IMG/VR virus record: IMGVR_UViG_3300023371_000084
Strand: one strand, 5' to 3'
DNA length: 64,000 nt
DNA from: an uncultured virus (IMG/VR IMGVR_UViG_3300023371_000084)
Taxonomy: Duplodnaviria > Heunggongvirae > Uroviricota > Caudoviricetes
Shown here: positions 1 to 9,760 of the stretch, in pieces
Layout: every line of letters begins with the position of its first letter
Position numbering within the stretch: position 1 is the stretch's first letter
Notes under the pieces: model-generated
What the model was told of the DNA's origin: nothing
The model's database searches: none
What the model saw: only the letters and a program-made list of their open reading frames with translations
Program-made: the position numbers and the translations under genes

Positions 1-7
1 TGAAAGG

Positions 8-331
8 ATGATCAGCATGTTCAGGATTATGACAGAAGACAAGACACTTTACACGGATGCGATCAGATACATCCGACTGCACAAGAACGGCTGCTACGTC
101 GCATGCCCGCAGGAGCAGGCAGAGGGCGTTTGCGCCAAGGTACACGAGGAAATGGACGAGGTTGGCATGGTGCTGGACGACAGCGTATTCGTCTTCACAG
201 AGGGCGCTATGCACGGCACGGAATCCGTCTGCGTATCCCTTGAAGCGGATATTGAGATTACGACAGAAATGCTGCAGGAAGGTCACAACGCCAAGGAAGC
301 GCTGGCCGTCCTCATGGGCGAAAAGGAGTAA
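8..331 (+). CDS. hypothetical phage protein (tail module)
   Basis: ORF with AAGGA RBS, coupled to next gene. Confidence 0.6.
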   Translation: MISMFRIMTEDKTLYTDAIRYIRLHKNGCYVACPQEQAEGVCAKVHEEMDEVGMVLDDSVFVFTEGAMHGTESVCVSLEADIEITTEMLQEGHNAKEALAVLMGEKE

Positions 332-334
332 GCT

Positions 335-742
335 ATGACAAGAGAACAGGCACTGCACTACCGCAGAATTATTGAACAGGCGATGCAATCCGTTGAAGAC
401 AAGATTGCACTGACCGCCGTAACACTTTTCCCAGAATGGGCAAACGAAACTGAATACGCGGTGGACGCTCGCGTGAAGTACGCAGGCGTCCTTTATCGTT
501 GCCTGACGGCGCATACGTCTCAGGAGACATGGACTCCGGATGCTGCGCCGAGCCTTTGGGCGAAGGTGCTCATTCCGGACGAGAATATTGTTCCTGAGTG
601 GGAGCAGCCGGGCAGCACAAACCCGTATATGAAGGGCGACGTTGTGACGCATAATGGCGTGACCTATGAGAGCGCTGTTGACAACAACGTATGGGAGCCG
701 GGTGCGGTCGGCACTGAAGCGCTGTGGACTGTGAAGGAATAA
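335..742 (+). CDS. carbohydrate-binding (CBM5/12-like) domain protein, tail-associated
   Basis: two Trp-rich repeats: W..ETEY..DARVKY.G.LYRCLTAHTS..TW.P and Y.KGDVVTHNG.TYES..DNN.WEPG. Confidence 0.75.
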   Translation: MTREQALHYRRIIEQAMQSVEDKIALTAVTLFPEWANETEYAVDARVKYAGVLYRCLTAHTSQETWTPDAAPSLWAKVLIPDENIVPEWEQPGSTNPYMKGDVVTHNGVTYESAVDNNVWEPGAVGTEALWTVKE

Positions 743-928
743 TCCGCACAGATAAGGCAAGGTGATTCCAGTGATTCATTGGAGCTTTTTGATTCCCGCA
801 TTTCTTGTGGGAGCATTTGCCGGAGTGCTTGCGACATGCATGTGTGCAGCGGCGACACGCGGGGATGAAATTAAGGCGCAATAAAACATTCTTTTCATTC
901 CGGCATTTACAGGCTATGTAAAATTCAA

Positions 929-958
929 TTGACATACCAACTGAGAAGGGTGTATGCT
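929..958 (+). promoter_or_regulatory. sigma-A-like promoter
   Basis: TTGACA-18 nt-TATGCT (TG immediately before the -10 box) upstream of the protease gene. Confidence 0.45.
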
Positions 959-1111
959 ATGAAGAAAGAAGAAGTTGCTAAAACTGGCTTGATTGCCGAT
1001 CTTGATCCATCATGGAAAAACATACCTGTAATTGATTGCAGTCAATGGGAGTATCCAGAAATAGATCACGATTACAGGATTTACACCGAAGACTAATTAT
1101 CGGAGAAAACC

Positions 1112-1543
1112 ATGTCTCAAAGCAATGCTTGTACGCTTGTCTTGCCCGGAAAGGCGGATAGAATTTATGTAGATGTCCGCTTGTATGCAGGTGAAAGGTA
1201 TTATGATGCGAAAGCTTTATGGGACACAGGCGCAGGATCGTCTCATATATCAGAGACAGCCGTCAACGCCTTATTGCTCAAAGATTATGGTGTTTCTATG
1301 TGTACAAGTGCGTCCAATTGTTATTCTACAACGAGGCACATTGTAACAATACAGGTTTTCGACTTCGCTATATTTGAAGACGTTTTGGTTAGAAAACTGA
1401 GTCCTGAAAATACTGAGGATATGATTCTTGGTATGGATGTGATAAGACACTTCGATTCTGTAATCAGTTCAGAAAATGGGCGTGTGTTCTTTTCAATTAG
1501 ATATCCGTCCAAAGGTGCGATAGATTTTTGCGCTGAAACTTAG
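1112..1543 (+). CDS. retropepsin-like aspartyl protease
   Basis: ALWDTGA catalytic motif and C-terminal MILGMDVI motif. Confidence 0.85.
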   Translation: MSQSNACTLVLPGKADRIYVDVRLYAGERYYDAKALWDTGAGSSHISETAVNALLLKDYGVSMCTSASNCYSTTRHIVTIQVFDFAIFEDVLVRKLSPENTEDMILGMDVIRHFDSVISSENGRVFFSIRYPSKGAIDFCAET

Positions 1544-1566
1544 ACCGGTTAATTGCCGGTCTTTTT
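1542..1566 (+). terminator. intrinsic terminator
   Basis: AGACCGG-ttaattg-CCGGTCT followed by a T-run. Confidence 0.7.
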
Positions 1567-1631
1567 AATTACAACAAAAAATACGGCGGGGATCTCTTCC
1601 CCGCCTCCCTACTATAAGGAGGTTTGGGGAC

Positions 1632-2309
1632 GTGGTTGAATTCATTGAATACCTGAGCGGGCATATCGGAATGCCTGCTGCTTGGGTGACATTTCTGATT
1701 GGCGTATTCCTTTTAATGCAGGCAATCGGTGAACTTGTGGAGTTTAAGACGAAGATCGCCGTGCCTGAGATTATGAAGGTGCGCAAATACTTTGCGAGAA
1801 AGAAAAAGGAACGAGAAGCATTGCTCAAGGCGGCAGAGATCGTTGAAACATGCGATGATCTTGTGAATGAAATGCGCGATGTTAAATCGCTGTTTGTCGA
1901 GATTAGGCCGCATGTCAGTCAGGAAAGCCTGCAAAAGCGCAATAACTGGATGCACAGTGTAGACGATGATCTTGCGGAAAGCAAGAAAGATCGCGCTGAG
2001 ATTCACGTCATTTGGGAGAGCCTCGCAGAGCTGATTGAAAAGCTCAGAGTCCAGCTTGTGATGGTGCGCGTGGAACAGATGAGAAATGCGATCATCAATT
2101 TTGCGAGGATGGCAGCAGATGACAGTGTTCCACTTACGCGCGAGGAGTTCAACAGGATTTTCAAGCTGTATGATGCATATGAAAAACTGCTTGCAGAGAA
2201 TGACATGGAGAACGGCGAGATTGACATGAATATGGATATTGTGAGATCGGCCTATGAGAAGAGAACGATCAGCCATTCGTTTGTTGAGGATATGATGCAT
2301 CATGAGTAA
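1632..2309 (+). CDS. membrane-anchored coiled-coil protein (holin/lysis-region-like)
   Basis: N-terminal TM segment, AAGGAGG RBS, position after tail genes. Confidence 0.55.
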   Translation: MVEFIEYLSGHIGMPAAWVTFLIGVFLLMQAIGELVEFKTKIAVPEIMKVRKYFARKKKEREALLKAAEIVETCDDLVNEMRDVKSLFVEIRPHVSQESLQKRNNWMHSVDDDLAESKKDRAEIHVIWESLAELIEKLRVQLVMVRVEQMRNAIINFARMAADDSVPLTREEFNRIFKLYDAYEKLLAENDMENGEIDMNMDIVRSAYEKRTISHSFVEDMMHHE

Positions 2310-2349
2310 TGTCCCGAAAAGTATATGGGATTGGGAACAAAAAATACAA

Positions 2350-2380
2350 AAAGAGCCACATTACGTGGCTCTTTCATTTT
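2350..2380 (+). terminator. intrinsic terminator (possibly bidirectional)
   Basis: AAAGAGCCAC-atta-c-GTGGCTCTTT hairpin with A/T flanks. Confidence 0.7.
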
Positions 2381-2403
2381 GAGATAAGCAGAGGTGAAAA
2401 AAT

Positions 2404-2784
2404 ATGACAGAAATGAAGACGCTTACTATTGGTAATAAGACATACGAGGTTGTTGATGATACTGCACGAGAAAAGCTGGATAGTATAACTCAGGGCGAAA
2501 AGTATTATGTTGTTTTAACGATTAATAAAACGCTAGTTGCAGACGAAAACGGCAATATCACTATTACACCAGATGATATTGGCGCAGCTATTTCGGTTCA
2601 CACTCATGATGTCGCAACTACATCGGCTGCTGGCTTTATGTCCAAAACCGATAAAAACAATCTGAATTCGTTGCTTAGTCGTGTCAATCAAGGGTTATTA
2701 ACAACAAGCAGGCCAACCTTCGCCTCTGTGACAGCCACAGGAACGATTACGGCAGATAAAGTTGTTGGGGCGGTGTATGCGTAA
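2404..2784 (+). CDS. tail fibre-associated protein
   Basis: HTHDVATTSAAGFMS..DK tail-fibre repeat motif. Confidence 0.6.
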   Translation: MTEMKTLTIGNKTYEVVDDTAREKLDSITQGEKYYVVLTINKTLVADENGNITITPDDIGAAISVHTHDVATTSAAGFMSKTDKNNLNSLLSRVNQGLLTTSRPTFASVTATGTITADKVVGAVYA

Positions 2785-5363
2785 TGGCAACAAGAACAAT
2801 ATCAGCCAGTCTTACAAGTCCTACTTATACAACACTTACTGATGGCGATTATATATACTATTCTAGTTCAACAAGCCATAGCGGTGTTGTTTCTAATGGT
2901 ACTGTAAATAGCGCGTATGTTACTTTTACGAATTTCAGAGTGTATTCAGGAAGTTGCTATATGTCCATTTATGTTGGTGGAACCAAAGTTGGCGAAACAA
3001 TCGAAATGGATGGGGAAGATTACGGTAATGGATCAACAACAACGGTTGAGGTCGAAATGGAAGCGCTCAAAGCAGCCCTTTTGACTGCTACTGGCGAAAT
3101 TGAGATCCATTGTTATAACAACAACTCATCAACTGGAGATACATATGGAGTAAGAAATTCCGGTACATGTACAATTACGGTTAATTATACAGCACCATCA
3201 CTTAGCGCACCGGGTACGCCAAGCATTACTCAGAACAACGATGGCACATTTACAGCTACGTGGACTAAATCAACTTTGTCCGGAGCATCTGGAACAGTTT
3301 ACTATGGTTTATGGAGCGTAGACGACGGAGGGTTGGTTCAAGGAGGTATTACAGGGACTTCTGTAACCCGTAGTATCGGCGTATATAGCTCCTCTAGAAC
3401 TTACAAAATTGTTGCATATTATGGAAGCTCAGATTATTGGAGCGTAAGCGTAGAATCATGGTCTTCTAGTGCGTCAAAGACATTTTACCCGCCGAGCATT
3501 AGCACGCCAACGCTAACTCTTGGTTCTACATCTGGCTCAAGTGTTAGCTTATCATGGACTGCTGCATCACTTTCATATACAGGCGGATCTATCTCGTATG
3601 GCGTTTATATTAACAACACATTATTCAAAACGCAGACTACAAGGACACTGACGATTGCAGAAAGCGACTTGGCGAATCAGACAAGCCCGATGACGATCAA
3701 GGTGACGGCAACCGCTTCAAGCCTGACGAACACATATTCCGGCACAAGTCTCTCTAAGACAAGCAGCGGAAAAACGTTTATATACGTTCCAAGCACAACC
3801 GCGTGTACCGCACCGACAAGCGTAACGGTTGCATCCAACAACGTTGCTCCCGGCGCAAGCATCACTCTGTCATGGAGCGGCGCAAGCGCAGGAACAAACA
3901 ATGCAATCAGTGGATATGAGATTTATCGCGCAACTTCTGCAACCGGCACATATTCAAAGCTTACGACTGTCACCAGCAGCGCAACATCCGGCTCGACAAG
4001 CGTTACTGCACCGACAACGAACGGATCTTCATACTACTATAAGGTGCTTACGGTCGGTTCTGTATCCGGGTACAGCAGCGAACAATCAACCGTATATGCG
4101 ACGCTCACCTGTACGTACACAGCGCCAACAGCACCAACGACCATAACGATTGGCGGAAGTTCTTCTGCTTATGCAGCGTCTGGGGCAAATGTTACATTAG
4201 CATGGAGTGGTGCAAGTGCCGGTACAAACAATGCAATTACCGGATACCTGATTTATCGAGACGGAGTAAGTTATACAACCACAACATCAACGAGCATCAG
4301 CGTACCTGCGCACGCGACTGCGGGAAGCAAGTACACGTACACGGTGTATACGAAAGGCGCTCACTCAAACAGCGGTGCGTCTGCTGGGCGGAACGTATAT
4401 ACATATGGTAATCCGACAGCGCCTACTGCAATATCTGTTACAAATTCAACGCCGGATGCTGGAGTTGGCGTAACGCTTGTTTGGAGTGGTGCGGCTGCGG
4501 GAAGCTACAACTCTATTTCTGGATATCTCATTTATAGAGCAACTTCTGCATCTGGATCTTATTCAAAGCTAACTGAGATAGAATCAACATCAACAAGCGG
4601 CAGTTGTACGGTTACAGCTCCGTCTACGATGGGATCTAGTTATTACTATAAGGTTTACACAAAGGGTGCAAGAAGCAACAGTGCTATATCGAGTGTATAT
4701 GCAACCGTTACTGCAAAAACGTATACATCTTGTTCGGCTCCAACCACATTATCATTTGCTAAAACAGTGTCTGATGGAGAACCCGTTACACTATCGTGGA
4801 CTGGTGCTTCTGGAGGAACAAATAACTCAATTACACAGTATACAGTTTATGTCAGAGAAAGTTCAGATGGATTAAGTTGGGGCGATTGGCAACAATATCT
4901 TATTGTTGGATCGACAAGTACATCTGATGCATGCAGTGTAAACCCACCATCTACATATGGGAACTACTATCAAGCCTCTGTTATAGTAAACGGAAGTGCA
5001 GGAGAAGATTATTATTCTGGAAGAGAAATAAGTACGAACACTTTAAGAAGAAATCATGCCCCACTATCTAGTTTTACAGATGAAGAGCTAATTAGTGGAA
5101 CGACACATGTAAAAGCTGTTCATATGACAGAATTGCATGATCGAATTAATTCTTTACTCGAATACTATGGTCTTTCCAAAGTAACATTTTCTTCAATTGT
5201 ATCAAACAGCACAGATTTGAAAGATTGGACAAAACATGTTACTGAAATTCGAAACGCTATTGATTTGATTAGCACAAACCATTCGGATTGGTACAGTATA
5301 ACTGTAAACAGGCCAACCGCAAGTGTTATTCAGCAGATACGAGATATCATCTTAACCCTCTAA
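2784..5363 (+). CDS. Ser/Thr-rich FN3/Ig-like repeat protein (adhesin/tail appendage)
   Basis: repeated APT...VTL.WSGAS.GTNN.I.GY.IYR...YYYKV units. Confidence 0.75.
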   Translation: MATRTISASLTSPTYTTLTDGDYIYYSSSTSHSGVVSNGTVNSAYVTFTNFRVYSGSCYMSIYVGGTKVGETIEMDGEDYGNGSTTTVEVEMEALKAALLTATGEIEIHCYNNNSSTGDTYGVRNSGTCTITVNYTAPSLSAPGTPSITQNNDGTFTATWTKSTLSGASGTVYYGLWSVDDGGLVQGGITGTSVTRSIGVYSSSRTYKIVAYYGSSDYWSVSVESWSSSASKTFYPPSISTPTLTLGSTSGSSVSLSWTAASLSYTGGSISYGVYINNTLFKTQTTRTLTIAESDLANQTSPMTIKVTATASSLTNTYSGTSLSKTSSGKTFIYVPSTTACTAPTSVTVASNNVAPGASITLSWSGASAGTNNAISGYEIYRATSATGTYSKLTTVTSSATSGSTSVTAPTTNGSSYYYKVLTVGSVSGYSSEQSTVYATLTCTYTAPTAPTTITIGGSSSAYAASGANVTLAWSGASAGTNNAITGYLIYRDGVSYTTTTSTSISVPAHATAGSKYTYTVYTKGAHSNSGASAGRNVYTYGNPTAPTAISVTNSTPDAGVGVTLVWSGAAAGSYNSISGYLIYRATSASGSYSKLTEIESTSTSGSCTVTAPSTMGSSYYYKVYTKGARSNSAISSVYATVTAKTYTSCSAPTTLSFAKTVSDGEPVTLSWTGASGGTNNSITQYTVYVRESSDGLSWGDWQQYLIVGSTSTSDACSVNPPSTYGNYYQASVIVNGSAGEDYYSGREISTNTLRRNHAPLSSFTDEELISGTTHVKAVHMTELHDRINSLLEYYGLSKVTFSSIVSNSTDLKDWTKHVTEIRNAIDLISTNHSDWYSITVNRPTASVIQQIRDIILTL

Positions 5364-5367
5364 AAAA

Positions 5368-5400
5368 TAAAGGACTGCAAATCGCAGTCCTTATATTTTT
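5368..5400 (+). terminator. intrinsic terminator ending the + strand module
   Basis: AAGGACTGC-aaatc-GCAGTCCTT then T-run. Confidence 0.7.
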
Positions 5401-5503
5401 GCGCTTTGAATTTCAAAGCATTGTCTGTCCAAGAGTTTACACTTTCTCTTCCTCAGAAAAACTGTTTTCTCTAAATACTTGATAATACTGAATGGCTTAT
5501 AAT

Positions 5504-5733
5504 CTGTAGTCAAACTGTAGTCAAATGCTCATGTATACCCTTGATTTTTCTAGTAATAGCTAGATAAATCACTTGATGCTCTTCATCGTCGGGAAATCTG
5601 TGAGCAAGTCCCTAAGATTAAGTACCATCATATTTTATCAAGTATTCCTCAAATCTAAATTTTCTTCAAAAAAGTATTATCAGGTATTATCGCGTACTAC
5701 CCGACACTAATTTGCAGTAAAACTGTAGTCAAA
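5504..5733. other. attP-like site with integrase arm repeats
   Basis: CTGTAGTCAAA at 5504, 5515, 5723 (variant at 5712) flanking a core that encodes FPTMKSIK* on the - strand (5569-5595), next to the integrase. Confidence 0.75.
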
Positions 5734-5768
5734 AACTGGTCTTCTAACTAAACACAAAGTTTAGTATT

Positions 5769-7007
5769 TCAGCACAAGTCCAAACTCATAGACAGCGATT
5801 TAATCGTTGCTACCTTTCTTTCGGTAGTGACTTCTGCGTAGATATCCAACGTAGTCTGAGCATCCGCATGCCCCATAATTTCCTGAATCACCTTAATATC
5901 AGATACGTGCTCACACAATCTTGTGCAGAACGTATGCCTCATGTGATGGCAGGTGAAATATGGAACGATGATCGGTTCCCTACCCTCTTTGGCTGCGCAA
6001 GCCTCTTCCTCTGCATTGTAGCTGGTTCTGATTCTGTCAATAGCCAAGTTGATTGTACAGGCGCGATATACGTTGCCATTTCGATTCTGGAACACAAAAC
6101 CAGTCATCCCGTCCACTTCAGCAGTGTTGGAGCCAAACCGATCTTGATATTCCTTTTCCTCGACAAATGCCTCGTACACCTTGTCTGTCATGGGAACAAT
6201 TCTGGTTCCCGCCTCAGTTTTCGGCGTAGATACTTTCAACGGATTACAGCGTTTGCCATTTTCATCAATCACAGAATGATCACTCACTGTATGGTTGATG
6301 CTGATTAAACGATTTTCCATGTCGATATCTTGCCAAGTGAGGCCGACGATTTCGCCAACTCGACAGCCAGTTCCAAACATTACTGTAAGCAATGGATGCC
6401 ATCTCCAATAGGTTCGGCTTTTCCTACAGTAATTCATAAAAGCACGCTGCTGATCTGGCGTAAGCGCCCTTCTGACTCCCGCCCACTTATCAAAATCCTT
6501 TTTTAGCTCAACCATAATTCTATCAGTTGGATTCGATCTGATGATATTGTCTCGCACCGCCATGGTAAATGTCGGATGCAGAACAGTCTGAATGACATCA
6601 AGCGTATTAACCTTGAGCTTTTCAGCCAGAAGATCCTTGTAAAAGGTCATCACATCAGAATACTTGATTGTATCAAGTTGAAGCTTTCCAAAGGACTGCC
6701 GGACATACGTATCGTACATGTAGATGTAATTTGTCCGGGTTGTGTTTTTCAGCGAGGTCTTTGTTTTGATGTACCGATCAAAAAGGTCATTGAGTGTTAG
6801 GTTCCGTGCCGTGTAAGAGTCGATACCGTCAAGAGCATCTTTTGCAAGGGATTCTTCCTTTTTGCGAAGCTCCTGAAGGGTTTTTGCGTAAATTGATCGA
6901 CGTTCGCCGTATTTGTCAGTGTACATGTAGGCGTAACGGCCATCTCTGCGCTCTGTTTCTCCGGCTCTGAGAACACGGCCTTTGCTGTCTTTTCTGGACT
7001 TCGGCAT
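5769..7007 (-). CDS. int: tyrosine integrase (Tn916-like N-terminal arm-binding domain)
   Basis: RKDSKGRVL N-terminus; TGCRVGE, HHMRHTF, MGH, Y catalytic residues. Confidence 0.95.
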   Translation of the reverse strand: MPKSRKDSKGRVLRAGETERRDGRYAYMYTDKYGERRSIYAKTLQELRKKEESLAKDALDGIDSYTARNLTLNDLFDRYIKTKTSLKNTTRTNYIYMYDTYVRQSFGKLQLDTIKYSDVMTFYKDLLAEKLKVNTLDVIQTVLHPTFTMAVRDNIIRSNPTDRIMVELKKDFDKWAGVRRALTPDQQRAFMNYCRKSRTYWRWHPLLTVMFGTGCRVGEIVGLTWQDIDMENRLISINHTVSDHSVIDENGKRCNPLKVSTPKTEAGTRIVPMTDKVYEAFVEEKEYQDRFGSNTAEVDGMTGFVFQNRNGNVYRACTINLAIDRIRTSYNAEEEACAAKEGREPIIVPYFTCHHMRHTFCTRLCEHVSDIKVIQEIMGHADAQTTLDIYAEVTTERKVATIKSLSMSLDLC

Positions 7008-7064
7008 TACAATCCTCTCCTTTCATAAAAAGAAAAGAATTGTAAACTCTTGTTAGACATTGTT

Positions 7065-7093
7065 ATTTTACCACTTATGTGCTTCATAGTCAA
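7065..7093 (-). promoter_or_regulatory. integrase promoter
   Basis: TTGACT-17 nt-TAAAAT on the - strand. Confidence 0.55.
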
Positions 7094-7095
7094 GT

Positions 7096-7278
7096 TTACT
7101 CCTTCTTGATCCTAAATGTTTCTAGGTATTCTTCAAAAATATCGCAGTTCACAAGAACGAGCTTGTCAAGCTTGTATGTGGCCTCTGCATCTTTCGCCAT
7201 TCTTTCAAACTTGCTCTGGCTCATACTGTATAGCTCTGCACCCTCTTTGTAACGCACAAAACGCTTTCCAATTTTCAT
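7096..7278 (-). CDS. excisionase-like protein (DUF6462-like)
   Basis: KRFVRYKEGAELYSM HTH-like motif directly upstream of integrase. Confidence 0.75.
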   Translation of the reverse strand: MKIGKRFVRYKEGAELYSMSQSKFERMAKDAEATYKLDKLVLVNCDIFEEYLETFRIKKE

Positions 7279-7303
7279 ATCTGCTGTTCCTTCCTATTAA
7301 ATA

Positions 7304-7329
7304 ACCCCGCCCCTGAGATGGGACGGGGC
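7304..7329 (-). terminator. hairpin/terminator
   Basis: CCCCGCCC-ctgagat-GGGACGGGG stem with an A/T tail on the - strand. Confidence 0.5.
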
Positions 7330-7334
7330 AAGCT

Positions 7335-7727
7335 CTATTGTCTTACATAGCTTTTGAGTGCCTGTTCCGCTGCCTCCTGCGTACTAAATACCCTAGTGGA
7401 TAATCCGCCAATACTATACAGTATCAGATCAGGAGACGTAGTTCGCCCACTCAGGTATTCAGTAAAGCAGTAGCACAGCTTTGATTTTCTGCTGATCTTA
7501 TACAGGCGCATTTTTGTAATATACGGATAATTTTTATTATCTTCTTTGAACATAATCACGAAATACACACGATTTAGGACTAACTCTTTATCCATGAAGT
7601 CCTCCACCACTTGCAACGCATCTGCTAAACCAGCAACATAATATGTTTGGTTTTCATTCATTTCCGAGCATGATTGAAGATCAATCATGGTTCGCAGCTT
7701 TTCTGCAATTCTGCGCATAATCATCAA
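7335..7727 (-). CDS. hypothetical protein
   Basis: ORF in co-directional operon. Confidence 0.55.
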   Translation of the reverse strand: MMIMRRIAEKLRTMIDLQSCSEMNENQTYYVAGLADALQVVEDFMDKELVLNRVYFVIMFKEDNKNYPYITKMRLYKISRKSKLCYCFTEYLSGRTTSPDLILYSIGGLSTRVFSTQEAAEQALKSYVRQ

Positions 7728-7984
7728 ACCTCAACATCTGCGACGGCATTGAATTGTTCCATAGTGCCAGCAGACACGATTCGGATTTCCTTGCAGAACT
7801 TATGAACACCGTCTTCGTCATACGTCTTCTTGTAATACTCAATCTTGTTTGGCATGGACGCATGGCTGTTGACGATGAATTCTGTACCATCCTGACCGGG
7901 GATCGTCAGCTCAATATAGCCGTAACTTTGCCCGTGATGTCCCACATTTTCAAGGACAGCAATAACCTTTTCAAGTTTTGTCAT
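7724..7984 (-). CDS. hypothetical protein
   Basis: ORF with overlapping start/stop coupling. Confidence 0.6.
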   Translation of the reverse strand: MTKLEKVIAVLENVGHHGQSYGYIELTIPGQDGTEFIVNSHASMPNKIEYYKKTYDEDGVHKFCKEIRIVSAGTMEQFNAVADVEV

Positions 7985-8420
7985 AATCTTTCTCTCCCTG
8001 CAATTCGTTTCTGATCTTCATGAGGATCTTGCCTAGCTTGTTTTGCCCATAGTTAGATTTGAGGTCTACTCCCCAATAAATATCCTTCCATGTGTTACCT
8101 TCGACAAGCTCTGAGTCGCCAGTTTCCAGCAGTTTTTCTGCCAAATCTTTGTGACGGAAAAATTTATCTCTGACGATCTCTTCCATAACAGAATCCTTTA
8201 CGGATTCCCAATCAGGTCTTAGTTCAATATGCCTGCCAAGCCTTTTTGCAGCGCTTGGATTTAGGGAGGCGAACTGCTCACGCTCCCCTATATCCTTACA
8301 CTTTGCAGCTTGAAATGCACATTCTGAGCTTGCGTATTTGATACCTTCATAGACAACTGTTGCTGGATAGAAGTTGCTCAGGAATCTATACTGCCCATCA
8401 AATACATCAATCTTATCCAT
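7971..8420 (-). CDS. NADAR (YbiA-like) family protein
   Basis: FLSNFY, E..FQAAK, AKRLGR, W...K..VM, KF, L.EGN.W.D.YWG, N.LG.ILM motifs. Confidence 0.9.
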   Translation of the reverse strand: MDKIDVFDGQYRFLSNFYPATVVYEGIKYASSECAFQAAKCKDIGEREQFASLNPSAAKRLGRHIELRPDWESVKDSVMEEIVRDKFFRHKDLAEKLLETGDSELVEGNTWKDIYWGVDLKSNYGQNKLGKILMKIRNELQGEKDYDKT

Positions 8421-8422
8421 AA

Positions 8423-8854
8423 TTAAACCTTACCTGTTGAACCGAATCCACCACGACTCTTATCCTTGAGATGTTCAACCTCTACAAAGCCAACTTCCGG
8501 CTGCTTTTTCTCAATGCGGAACTGGCAAATGCGCTCGTTCTTCTTGATGGAAGTATCCTTCATAGCATATACCGGAAGCTTCCACTCGTCATCGTCTCCA
8601 CAATAAGACTCATCGACGATGCCCATACTGTTTGTCTGAATGACGAGGAAATTCTTATACGTACTGCTGCGCGGCAGAATATGCGCCTCATAGTCATCGG
8701 GCAGGATCATACCAACGCCAAGCGGGACAAGCGCGAAATCTCCCGCTTTCAGCTTCATATCCTTAGCTGCACGAAGATCAATCCAGTCACCCTTATCAAT
8801 CTTGGCAACCTTATCAATGTCCTTTGAGAAATACTTAATCTGGATCGTAAGCAT
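8423..8854 (-). CDS. dut: trimeric dUTPase
   Basis: [29 protein letters not shown] motifs. Confidence 0.93.
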   Translation of the reverse strand: MLTIQIKYFSKDIDKVAKIDKGDWIDLRAAKDMKLKAGDFALVPLGVGMILPDDYEAHILPRSSTYKNFLVIQTNSMGIVDESYCGDDDEWKLPVYAMKDTSIKKNERICQFRIEKKQPEVGFVEVEHLKDKSRGGFGSTGKV

Positions 8855-8885
8855 ATCAATCAGTCCCCTTTATACTTTTTCTGTA

Positions 8886-9110
8886 TTAGTTGTTTTCGAT
8901 AGTGTTTTCATCCTTGCACTTCTTGCATGCAATGGAATCCGTGATCAGCACTGAGATGACTGCTGCAAGAACAGAATCGACTTCACTGTACATCTTGGCT
9001 CCACAAAGAGCAACTTCAAGTCCATACCATGCAAACATGATCACCCACAGCACAACGACAAACGTGACAAACCATTTCATTCTCTTGTGATTCATTGTTT
9101 TTACCTCCAA
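8886..9110 (-). CDS. small membrane protein
   Basis: two hydrophobic segments. Confidence 0.5.
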   Translation of the reverse strand: MEVKTMNHKRMKWFVTFVVVLWVIMFAWYGLEVALCGAKMYSEVDSVLAAVISVLITDSIACKKCKDENTIENN

Positions 9111-9128
9111 TAAAACCCATCTTTTATC

Positions 9129-9317
9129 TTAACCTTCAGGCTTTTCAAGCGTGAAAACCGCCCACCAGCAATGTTTATCGTTGGCAGAAACCGCTTTTTC
9201 AAAGGCGTTTTGCGCGTAGCCCGAAGAGGCCATCTTGTATCCGTTATTCAGATACAGCTCACATTCTTCCTGAAAGTCGAATTTATTGCTCTTCTTGATT
9301 GTTACAACCTTGAACAT
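9129..9317 (-). CDS. hypothetical protein
   Basis: GGAGG RBS, in operon. Confidence 0.55.
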   Translation of the reverse strand: MFKVVTIKKSNKFDFQEECELYLNNGYKMASSGYAQNAFEKAVSANDKHCWWAVFTLEKPEG

Positions 9318-9331
9318 TTTTATCGCCTCCG

Positions 9332-9760
9332 TCAGATGAGCGAAGCAATTGCATCAATCTCAAGCTCTGTGCGCTTATCGCTGGAAAGAAGAGAATCCAG
9401 TTGCTTTTCAAGCTTATCAAGCTTCGCTTTTTCTTCCTTAATCATCTTCGCTTCAATCAAGCCTTTCACGTCTTCAATCCAGTCTGCAAGACTGAAACCG
9501 GAGATTGTGAGCTTATAAATGCTTAGACCAAGATCGCTTGCTGACATCGCCAATGCATTGAGTTTGACCAGCAGCAGTTCATCACAGCATACATGCAGAT
9601 TATAGGTCTGCCCATCCATTTGTAGGATGCAGTTTGTGATTGGCGCAAAACGTGATGCGCGACCAACAATCTTCCTCTTTTCATCGATTTGCTTTTTAAG
9701 CGCTAGAATTCGTTCATCATTATTAGACATAGTAACCATACCTCCTACTGATGCTTCCAT
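9332..9760 (-). CDS. hypothetical coiled-coil protein
   Basis: ORF; likely start at MSNNDER after AGGAGG. Confidence 0.6.
   Translation of the reverse strand: MEASVGGMVTMSNNDERILALKKQIDEKRKIVGRASRFAPITNCILQMDGQTYNLHVCCDELLLVKLNALAMSASDLGLSIYKLTISGFSLADWIEDVKGLIEAKMIKEEKAKLDKLEKQLDSLLSSDKRTELEIDAIASLI

Noticed and set aside
335..5363. Diversity-generating retroelement targeting tail genes
   Set aside because: No reverse transcriptase and no adenine-specific TR/VR repeat pair is visible in the window.
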